DNA of 14,367 nt from IMG/VR virus record IMGVR_UViG_2654587792_000011; one strand, written 5' to 3'. Of the stretch, positions 7,949 to 14,367 are shown piece after piece (the first letter of the stretch is position 1; every line of letters starts with the position of its first letter). Made by a program: the position numbers and the translations under genes. The notes under the pieces were generated by a model. It was not told where the DNA came from. It saw only the letters and a list, made by a program, of their open reading frames with translations, and searched no databases. This stretch comes from a virus. Its lineage: Duplodnaviria > Heunggongvirae > Uroviricota > Caudoviricetes.

Positions 7949-8244
7949 ACAACCTCCTTCCGCGGCATGAGAATTGTGTAGCCACGCGCAGGTTGTAGTC
8001 TGGCTTTTGCATCAATAGTAAGCGTTGCAATTTTTCGGATATGAAGATAACCAGCTCTTTCCAGTGCCAGGGTTTCCCTGAATATCGCTTGCTTAGAACA
8101 ACAGCAGAAATCAGCAAGCACCCGATGATCAATAACTCTCTCGCCTTCACCGTCTGAAGAACCCGACATCAAAACACGCAACATAATCAGGCGCTGAATC
8201 GGGTTATCGAAAGCACATCCGCACACAAACTGAAAACAGTTCAC
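7945..8244 (-). CDS. Hypothetical phage protein, possible DNA-binding
   Basis: 99-aa ORF with 4-nt overlaps to both neighbours. Confidence 0.45.
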   Translation of the reverse strand: MNCFQFVCGCAFDNPIQRLIMLRVLMSGSSDGEGERVIDHRVLADFCCCSKQAIFRETLALERAGYLHIRKIATLTIDAKARLQPARGYTILMPRKEVV

Positions 8245-8465
8245 GCCACACCTCCCAGACGCTTAAACATTTTTCCAGACAGAAATACCGCCAGAGGGTA
8301 ACTGATGGTGTAGCTACGCCCCTGTAGTTCGCACACGACTTTCTGGCTTTCAGCGTTGACTAGGCAAACCCGCAGAACGTGACCGTTGCTGGTGGCGAAC
8401 CACTGCCCCACACGGGGGCAACGGTTGTATCGGTGATACAGGGAATTAACGATGTGGCGGATCAT
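8241..8465 (-). CDS. Hypothetical phage protein
   Basis: 74-aa ORF with 4-nt overlaps to both neighbours. Confidence 0.4.
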   Translation of the reverse strand: MIRHIVNSLYHRYNRCPRVGQWFATSNGHVLRVCLVNAESQKVVCELQGRSYTISYPLAVFLSGKMFKRLGGVA

Positions 8466-8656
8466 GGACGCACCTCCGCCGTAGTTACGTATTTAACCGG
8501 GCTACCTTTCATTGAGATGGTTTCACACATCTCTGCCGCTTTCAGTTCCGCTGTTTTTCTGGATTTATAGCGACGGTGCCAGACAGATACATCCGTGCAA
8601 ACTGATACATCGTTTCTGTATTCCGTAGTGGAGATGATGATTTCGTAACTAATCAT
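8462..8656 (-). CDS. Hypothetical phage protein
   Basis: 64-aa ORF with 4-nt overlaps to both neighbours. Confidence 0.4.
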   Translation of the reverse strand: MISYEIIISTTEYRNDVSVCTDVSVWHRRYKSRKTAELKAAEMCETISMKGSPVKYVTTAEVRP

Positions 8657-9204
8657 GGGCGAACCTCCTTGTCAGAACCATTCAGCCTGGAATCAACAAG
8701 TGCAGCGCCAAAAACAGCATCACCAACACGGTCGTACAGTTTGCTAGCCAGCGGAGATTCAACGGCCTTAAGCATTGGATAAAGCTGGCTTGTCCAGATT
8801 TGATGGATTTCACGCAAATGCAGGTATACGCCTCTGGCGTTTCGTGCGACAGCTGACATATCAACCGCGTCAGCACCAGATAAATTCTTCTCCATCTGGT
8901 TAAAGGCGTTGATGTATGCCTCTTTGAACCGGGCTGCACGTTTGCCAGTAAAGCCCATAGCAAGGAACGCGAAGCCATCGCGGGTGATTTGATAGCAAGG
9001 TAGTTTGCGGCCTGTGCAATCGGTGTAATCACTGGGCTGAAAATTCAGCTCAGTGAATTCAACAGAGCACTCAAGCGTCTGGATTTTTTGAATAACGTTT
9101 TTGTGCTGCTTGCAGAAATATTCGGCAACGGCCAAAGAAGAGGTAACAGCCTTCCCATGGATAACATCAATTTTAGGGTGAGTTTGGGTAGGGGTGGTTG
9201 CCAT
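8653..9204 (-). CDS. Phage regulatory protein, Rha family
   Basis: N-terminus MATTPTQTHPKIDVIHGKAVTSSLAVAEYFCKQHKNVIQKI matches the Rha N-terminal signature. Start taken at the internal ATG 9202-9204 (GAGGA SD upstream), because the 9501 start would read through a terminator and a repeat-rich region. Confidence 0.65.
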   Translation of the reverse strand: MATTPTQTHPKIDVIHGKAVTSSLAVAEYFCKQHKNVIQKIQTLECSVEFTELNFQPSDYTDCTGRKLPCYQITRDGFAFLAMGFTGKRAARFKEAYINAFNQMEKNLSGADAVDMSAVARNARGVYLHLREIHQIWTSQLYPMLKAVESPLASKLYDRVGDAVFGAALVDSRLNGSDKEVRP

Positions 9205-9367
9205 AGTGACATCCTCATGTGCGAATTTTGAAAACTCACCACATGGGACGCCAATCACAGAGGTGGTGAGACGTACAGGGTTGGCGTAACCGGTCGCACA
9301 TGACCCCGGCGCATCTTTCGATGCCCCTGCACGCCCCACCATAATTTGGATGTGAGGAAACGTGCGC

Positions 9368-9389
9368 AAAAAAACCGCTGAAGCGCGGT
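9368..9389 (-). terminator. Intrinsic terminator inside the early-right operon (tR1-like)
   Basis: On the minus strand: stem ACCGC/GCGGU with 6-nt loop, followed by a U-run (complement of A368-A373 on plus). Confidence 0.45.
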
Positions 9390-9488
9390 TATGCGCATGT
9401 GCGAATTTCAGGACGCCAATCCCGGCACCCGCTTTATAAGGTGCGGAGACAGTGTAACGTCCCGAAATTGCAGAATCAATATTTGGTC

Positions 9489-9518
9489 TTGAAATGATCA
9501 TATAGCTGCTGATATCTT
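9489..9518 (+). promoter_or_regulatory. Candidate sigma70 promoter for a short plus-strand antisense RNA
   Basis: TTGAAA (9489-9494), 18-nt spacer, TG-extended TATCTT (9513-9518). Confidence 0.3.
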
Positions 9519-9524
9519 TAGAAC

Positions 9525-9610
9525 TGTTCTTGGATGTTTCGGAGCCGTTTTATGCGAAACAGCTCCCCGTTATTGATGTTGAGTGAGCCGGGTTACTCCC
9601 GGCTTTTTTT
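9525..9610 (+). ncRNA. Candidate OOP-like antisense small RNA, about 85 nt
   Basis: Runs from the predicted start after the 9489-9518 promoter to the intrinsic terminator at 9587-9610. Antisense to the 3' UTR of the minus-strand gene 9610-10317. No plus-strand ORF. Confidence 0.3.
9587..9610 (+). terminator. Intrinsic terminator on the plus strand
   Basis: Stem GCCGGG (9587-9592) / CCCGGC (9598-9603), loop TTACT, then seven T (9604-9610). Abuts the stop codon of the convergent minus-strand gene. Confidence 0.55.
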
Positions 9611-10317
9611 CATCGCTGCCAACCAATAACCTGAAATAACCCCATTTTCGGGTGATACCAGCGAGTCCCTCGCGGTTCTGCTTCCTCCATAACCCGATAA
9701 AAAGCAGCCATAAACGGTTCCACAGCAACAATTGCGCGACGTGACAACAATCCGTCCGGCGTCATGAACTCATGTGTGTCTGTAGGAATTTGATAGGCGT
9801 TCACCAGATTGCGGCATTTATCATCTGACAAACCGGTTTTTGCTTTCAGTTGGCGATATCCGGCATAGCCCTCACGAATAGTGCCCTTTTTAATTTGCTC
9901 GACTGTTTCAGCAACGTGGCTGACTTTTTCTTCCACCTGAGTGATCCGTTTCTGTTGGCGAACGGCTTCAAGAGCCATCGCGGCAACCATTTCGATTTCG
10001 CTCATTGGCTTACGGATCTGTTCTTCCAGTTCGCGCCAGCGATCTACCAGGCGAGCTGTGAATTCAGGACAGAGCTGTGCGACGACAATGATGCTGTCGC
10101 GCTTACCTCGTTCACCTTCGAATACATACGCGCTAGAAAATCGGCGAGGCCCAAGTGATTGTTTATTCTCAATTTCCACAGTCTGTGGAAATTGGATGAT
10201 TCCCTTTTTAGCCAGTGTTTCAATAGTTCTCTTAACACTATCTGGTCGGCTTCCCACCAGCTCTGCGATCTCAACGCTGGTCATGGATGCTTTGCCGTTA
10301 AAAATTGCGGTGTTCAT
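9610..10317 (-). CDS. Phage regulatory protein with Rha/antirepressor-like N-terminal HTH, in the cII position
   Basis: 235 aa. N-terminal MTSVEIAELVGSRPDSVKRTIETLAKKG resembles Rha/KilA-type phage regulator N-termini. Overlaps the cro-like gene by 4 nt. Not CII-like in size or sequence. Confidence 0.45.
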   Translation of the reverse strand: MNTAIFNGKASMTSVEIAELVGSRPDSVKRTIETLAKKGIIQFPQTVEIENKQSLGPRRFSSAYVFEGERGKRDSIIVVAQLCPEFTARLVDRWRELEEQIRKPMSEIEMVAAMALEAVRQQKRITQVEEKVSHVAETVEQIKKGTIREGYAGYRQLKAKTGLSDDKCRNLVNAYQIPTDTHEFMTPDGLLSRRAIVAVEPFMAAFYRVMEEAEPRGTRWYHPKMGLFQVIGWQR

Positions 10318-10604
10318 TGTTTATCTCCTGCGTGTATTCCATCCGCTCTGTGTGGTGAACTTGGATTTAGGCTTTTGCGTAACAAGTTAGGAATTCCATC
10401 TTCAGGGTGAGGATAAAGATCTGGCCTTAAGCCATGAGGCGTAACCTTCCATGCAACTACTTCACATACTCGTAAAACGAAACGAGCAGGAATTGTGCTT
10501 TTTGAAAACCACTGATTCACCGCTTGCGGCGTCACACCAAGATTTCGCGCTATGGCATTTTGCGCAATTAATGCACGAAGTTTGTCGTAATCATTTCCTT
10601 CCAT
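10314..10604 (-). CDS. Cro-like HTH regulator (Cro/YdaS type)
   Basis: 96 aa with HTH LGVTPQAVNQWFSK, divergent from the CI repressor gene across a 130-bp operator-like region. Confidence 0.6.
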   Translation of the reverse strand: MEGNDYDKLRALIAQNAIARNLGVTPQAVNQWFSKSTIPARFVLRVCEVVAWKVTPHGLRPDLYPHPEDGIPNLLRKSLNPSSPHRADGIHAGDKQ

Positions 10605-10737
10605 AACAAAGCACCAATATTAACTTTATAAATCAAGAATACATCAAGTTTAAATTAACATGCAAATTACAAAAGGATCGAATACACTAAAATCAAGTAA
10701 AGATTTATCCTTGTAAAGAAACCCACAGGATTTGGTC
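10605..10737. promoter_or_regulatory. Divergent promoter/operator region between the cro-like and cI genes (oR/pR/pRM-like)
   Basis: AT-rich. ATCAAG occurs three times (10632, 10643, 10692) and GTAAAGA twice (10697, 10713). Individual operators are not resolved. Confidence 0.5.
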
Positions 10738-11427
10738 ATGAAGAACGTCAAAAACACGGAAAATCGAATAGCCGCGATGCTGAAAGCAAAAGGATGGACT
10801 CAGGCTCAACTGGCCCGCAAGTTAGGTGTGAGTGCGCAATCAGTGCAGTACTGGACAACAGGAAAAACATTTCCACGGAGTGATAAGCTCGCGCATTTAT
10901 CAGAGATTAGCGGTTATCCACAATCCTGGTTCTTAGGTGAAGACTCCTCACCAACCTTTTCCTCGCAAGAGAAACACCAGACAAGAACAGATAGCGTCGT
11001 ATTTAATGTCCTTGATGTTGAGTTTAGTTGCGGTGATGGAACTCATGTCCGTGGTGACTTGATAGATGTAGTGCGCTCAATAGAACTTGATCCTGAATAT
11101 GCCCGACGTCTTGTTGGAAATCGGGCATTCAAAAATATAGAAATAGGTAACGCCAGAGGAGACAGTATGGCTCCCACAATCTCACCTGGCGACCTTCTTT
11201 TTCTTGATAAGACAGTAACTTATTTTGATGGCGATGGTATTTATGCATTTTGTTTTGATGGAGAATGCTACGTGAAAAGGCTTCAAAAAATTGGAAGCAA
11301 AATCATGGTGTTATCTGATAACCCCAATTATCAACCATGGAGCATCGAAAAAGAGGGGTTAGCTCTGCTTTATATCCAGTCTAAAGTGATCTCATCAGTA
11401 CCATTCAACATAAACAGATTTGGTTAG
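10738..11427 (+). CDS. cI: CI-type prophage repressor (HTH_XRE plus S24 LexA-like peptidase)
   Basis: N-terminal HTH GWTQAQLARKLGVSAQSVQYW; C-terminal peptidase motifs GDSMAPT (Ser) and YVKRL (Lys). ATG 10738 with AGGA SD is preferred over the track's TTG at 10732. Confidence 0.85.
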   Translation: MKNVKNTENRIAAMLKAKGWTQAQLARKLGVSAQSVQYWTTGKTFPRSDKLAHLSEISGYPQSWFLGEDSSPTFSSQEKHQTRTDSVVFNVLDVEFSCGDGTHVRGDLIDVVRSIELDPEYARRLVGNRAFKNIEIGNARGDSMAPTISPGDLLFLDKTVTYFDGDGIYAFCFDGECYVKRLQKIGSKIMVLSDNPNYQPWSIEKEGLALLYIQSKVISSVPFNINRFG

Positions 11428-11439
11428 TCTTTGATTTTA

Positions 11440-11461
11440 ACGGGCTTTGCCCGTTTTTTTT
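11440..11461 (+). terminator. Intrinsic terminator after cI
   Basis: Stem ACGGGC/GCCCGT with 3-nt loop (11440-11454), followed by eight T through 11461. Confidence 0.6.
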
Positions 11462-11491
11462 CTGCCTGAAATATACGATATCAATTTTTTC

Positions 11492-11543
11492 TTGACAGCC
11501 TGTTTCCCAAAACATAATATCGCACCATCAATTATAACTTGAT
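11492..11543 (+). promoter_or_regulatory. Strong sigma70 promoter with operator-like palindrome at the start site
   Basis: TTGACA (11492-11497), 17-nt spacer, TAATAT (11515-11520). Palindrome ATCAA-N7-TTGAT at 11527-11543 overlaps the predicted start. Confidence 0.55.
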
Positions 11544-11573
11544 TTGATTCAATTTAAAATTGTTGGCGGATAT

Positions 11574-12122
11574 ATGAAGACACTAAAAGCAACTCCAGAA
11601 ACAACTAATTTTATCAACTGCGGCTGTGTTACGCTTAAGGGCTTAGAACTTGATTCCTTTGCATTAAATATTGCAAATTTGCTAAGTGCTGTACGCACAT
11701 TCCATCTTCTGGATTGTGCTCGCTCAAAGGAACTGGGCATTGAGGTAATGGAATTTATCCATGAATATGCTCTATCTGCTGCTTCTCCTGCACAACAAAA
11801 ACAATCCTTCCCTGAAAGCTGGCTGGTTAACCTTCGCACCCAACGCGAAGCCTGCGGCTTAACAACCGCCGAACTCGCCAGGCTGCTCGATCTCGATGAA
11901 GAAATTATCATCCAGTGGGAGAGCGGAGAGTATGAACCAACTATCAGTATGCTTATCCCACTGGCAAATATTCTTGGCTGCGATCCGATGTGCCTGTTAA
12001 CTGGTGAGGTTACTCCTCCGGAGCAACCAAAAAGTGAGGAGCAGCAACACCATGACGCATCTCAACAAGTTTGCCCCTTATCTCGCGAAGCTCTTCTGCG
12101 GAAGAACCAATACCAATGGTGA
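11574..12122 (+). CDS. Two-domain protein: unknown N-terminal domain plus C-terminal XRE-family HTH
   Basis: Start taken at ATG 11574, because the track's TTG 11544 has no SD and lies too near the start site. HTH GLTTAELARLLDLDEEIIIQWESGE. N-terminal domain is homologous to the C-terminus of the next protein. The 3' end is uncertain because of overlapping alternative frames. Confidence 0.5.
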   Translation: MKTLKATPETTNFINCGCVTLKGLELDSFALNIANLLSAVRTFHLLDCARSKELGIEVMEFIHEYALSAASPAQQKQSFPESWLVNLRTQREACGLTTAELARLLDLDEEIIIQWESGEYEPTISMLIPLANILGCDPMCLLTGEVTPPEQPKSEEQQHHDASQQVCPLSREALLRKNQYQW

Positions 12123-12250
12123 CATAATCGCCGCTTCGCCCTTCAAGGTACATGCGAACATTTTTATCAATCATTGCGGAAACAGTCTCAATATGAAAAC
12201 ACTTCTGAGACTCGCTATATAGCAGAACATATAAGTCAGCTGAGGAAGCC

Positions 12251-12616
12251 ATGAAAAAGTTCGAAAACATAACTGTTCTCCATGTTGATGACTTTGATTA
12301 TACAAACCCGGAACTTCTCCCGGAGGTTGTAAAGGCAATGGATGTTGCCGATATAGTGATTAGAGAAAAGAGAATTGTCAAAAACAGGCTCGCATGCACT
12401 TCAGGAGCAATGACAGAAACAACCTCACAGCAAGATAATTACGAAGGCATTTGTCTGGAGCCTGATTCATTTGCGGTAAATGTTTATCATTTATTGCATG
12501 CAACACAGGTATTACATATGTCCAGTAATCACGAAACGAAAACACTCGGCAGCGAAATTCTGAGTTTTGCATGTGAGTATACAAAAGCTGCTGCCGAAAA
12601 AGAATTAGCGCAATAA
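12251..12616 (+). CDS. Hypothetical protein whose C-terminal domain is paralogous to the N-terminal domain of the 11574-12122 product
   Basis: 121 aa with good SD GAGGA (12242-12246). About 42% identity over a gapless 48-aa stretch (LEPDSFAVNVYHLL... vs LELDSFALNIANLL...). Confidence 0.55.
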   Translation: MKKFENITVLHVDDFDYTNPELLPEVVKAMDVADIVIREKRIVKNRLACTSGAMTETTSQQDNYEGICLEPDSFAVNVYHLLHATQVLHMSSNHETKTLGSEILSFACEYTKAAAEKELAQ

Positions 12617-12694
12617 CAACAAATATGCCCTGAACGTTTATTGCGGTTTTATCGCCGGGGATTGTTACAACCTTAATCCACAGGAGGCTTTATT

Positions 12695-12808
12695 GTGACT
12701 TTTATAAAGAATATGGCATCACACAAGACCGCCTGCCTTATTGCACAATACGGTGAAAATTACATGCATATTGCCTGCTTATTTCTGCGTAAAGCATACG
12801 GGAGATAA
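12695..12808 (+). CDS. Small ORF (37 aa) with strong SD, coupled to the downstream gene
   Basis: AGGAGG (12683-12688), 6-nt spacer, GTG 12695; product MTFIKNMASHKTACLIAQYGENYMHIACLFLRKAYGR; stop TAA 12806-12808 two nt before the next ATG. Too short for the ORF track. Confidence 0.3.
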   Translation: MTFIKNMASHKTACLIAQYGENYMHIACLFLRKAYGR

Positions 12809-12810
12809 TA

Positions 12811-13023
12811 ATGCATCAGAAAACAGCAGAACACGAACAAACCAGAATATTGCTGACCATCAAAAACGGGAAAGTAATATTCATTCTCCATGTTCATGAC
12901 GATGAACTTGTAGGAACTCTTTCAACATTCCTGTTTATTGCAGAAAAGGCAGGATATGACGTTATTGCACCAGCAGATGAAGATGAAGATGAAGATGAAG
13001 ATGAAGATGAAGATGAGGAATAA
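12811..13023 (+). CDS. Small protein with C-terminal (Asp-Glu)7 acidic tail
   Basis: 70 aa with SD GGGAGA (12800-12805). Hydrophobic beta-like core followed by the tail DEDEDEDEDEDEDEE. Confidence 0.55.
   Translation: MHQKTAEHEQTRILLTIKNGKVIFILHVHDDELVGTLSTFLFIAEKAGYDVIAPADEDEDEDEDEDEDEE
12976..13017 (+). repeat. In-frame hexanucleotide tandem repeat (GATGAA)6 plus GATGAG
   Basis: Seven consecutive hexamers read directly from the sequence; they encode the (DE)7 tail. Confidence 0.9.
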
Positions 13024-13028
13024 ATATC

Positions 13029-13610
13029 ATGCAATACGATGAATTCCAGGCTGAAGCAACAGCCAATGGTATACGAACTGGCAGTATGACGATTGATTAT
13101 CACGACGCCATACGTCGTCTGGATGCCGGAGAATTCGATACTCCTAATGTGCGAGGTTTACGTATCCTTCAGTGTCTGGCGCAAGCCGACGAAGCAGGAT
13201 TACTGGGTAAACTTCCGGTTGAGATGAAGGTTGCTCAGTGGCGATGGTTGTATGTGACGACATTCATCAACGAAGAAGAAGACAAGAACGGCACAATTGA
13301 TATCCTGAATGAACACGGAACAACTGAACACGCCGTGGTATATAACGGGATGTATGGGTTTATGACGATATATCCCGGCCCCATTCGATTTGCCTTACAA
13401 CAGTATATTGAATGGAATTTAATTCAAAAATACGGCGAAGCTGAAGGAATGGGAAGAGCGCTGTTTCTTTATCAGAAAATGCTCACTACTTCCCCTGATA
13501 AAGGTTTCATTCTTTCAGATATGGGTCGAGAAGGGCTTGAAATCCTTCTGGATGAAATTATTAACGAAATGAATACTCATGGCATGCAATCCGAAACAGA
13601 TATTAAGTAA
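13029..13610 (+). CDS. Hypothetical protein, no recognisable motif
   Basis: 193-aa ORF starting 5 nt after the preceding stop, with GAGGAA upstream. Confidence 0.55.
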   Translation: MQYDEFQAEATANGIRTGSMTIDYHDAIRRLDAGEFDTPNVRGLRILQCLAQADEAGLLGKLPVEMKVAQWRWLYVTTFINEEEDKNGTIDILNEHGTTEHAVVYNGMYGFMTIYPGPIRFALQQYIEWNLIQKYGEAEGMGRALFLYQKMLTTSPDKGFILSDMGREGLEILLDEIINEMNTHGMQSETDIK

Positions 13611-13620
13611 AAGGGACCAC

Positions 13621-13806
13621 ATGACCGTTATCGAGTATATCCAGGAAAATCCAGATTGCAGTAGAGAAGATATATCCCTCGCACTTGGAAGAAGCGCAAC
13701 TTCTATCAGTAATGAATTATCACGGTTATTGTGGAATGGGTTAATAGTACGAACTGGAGAAAAAAACAAAATGATTCTGTACTGCGTAAACAATCTGCCG
13801 TTTTGA
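13621..13806 (+). CDS. Small winged-helix-like protein whose stop codon is supplied by the IS terminus
   Basis: ATG 13621 with SD AAGGGA (13611-13616), 61 aa. The stop TGA 13804-13806 is the first three bases of the IS inverted repeat, so the native C-terminus may have been replaced. Confidence 0.45.
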   Translation: MTVIEYIQENPDCSREDISLALGRSATSISNELSRLLWNGLIVRTGEKNKMILYCVNNLPF

Positions 13807-13875
13807 AGTGGCACACTGAATTTGGCCACCTGAACAGAGGTGATATGCTCACCTCAGAACAACACAGGTGCTCCA

Positions 13876-14367
<492 letters not shown>

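Noticed and set aside
9205-9501. N-terminal 99-aa extension of the Rha ORF (start at 9501)
   Set aside because: The extension crosses an intrinsic terminator and direct repeats and looks non-protein-like, and the Rha signature begins at the internal Met, which has a good SD. Start set to 9204.
10732-10737. TTG start for cI at 10732
   Set aside because: The ATG two codons downstream (10738) has an AGGA SD at suitable spacing. The difference is minor.
12004-12270. Overlapping ORFs 12004-12222 (+) and 12010-12270 (-) in the gap between the first two cassette genes
   Set aside because: They are mutually exclusive with each other and with the 3' end of the HTH gene, and I cannot discriminate by eye. 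The true 3' end of the HTH gene and any small gene here remain unresolved. An inverted repeat AGTCTCA-N15-TGAGACT (12184-12212) suggests the gap is regulatory.
12894-13103. Minus-strand ORF with a poly-Ser run
   Set aside because: It is the antisense reading of the (GATGAA)n repeat and overlaps two well-supported plus-strand genes.
13840-13875. Longer OrfA start at 13840 ([12 protein letters not shown]...)
   Set aside because: IS3-family OrfA proteins begin MKKRNFS...; the upstream extension lies within the terminal inverted repeat region.

Overview
This window looks like the early/immunity region of a lambdoid prophage of an enterobacterial (E. coli-like) host, ending in an IS3-family insertion. 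Reading right to left on the minus strand there is one long, translationally coupled operon: a Cro-like HTH gene, two Rha-type regulator genes, three small ORFs, an O-like replication initiator, a DnaC-like loader, a DnaB-like helicase, a DUF968/HNH-like gene, rusA, a Q-like gene, a strong tR'-like terminator, a small ORF, a DPPY DNA methyltransferase and three tRNA genes (Ile-CAT, Arg-TCG, Arg-TCT). A CI-type repressor (HTH plus S24 peptidase) is transcribed divergently on the plus strand. Downstream of its terminator sits the most interesting part: an uncharacterised plus-strand cassette (11492-13806) with its own near-consensus promoter, five to six ORFs with no family I can recognise, a domain shared between two of its proteins, and a small protein with a (DE)7 acidic tail encoded by a hexanucleotide repeat. 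It occupies the position lambda gives to rexAB, and an IS911-like element abuts its last gene. A second candidate is an OOP-like antisense small RNA (promoter plus intrinsic terminator) at 9489-9610. All calls rest on reading the sequence and the supplied ORF translations; no database search was run.
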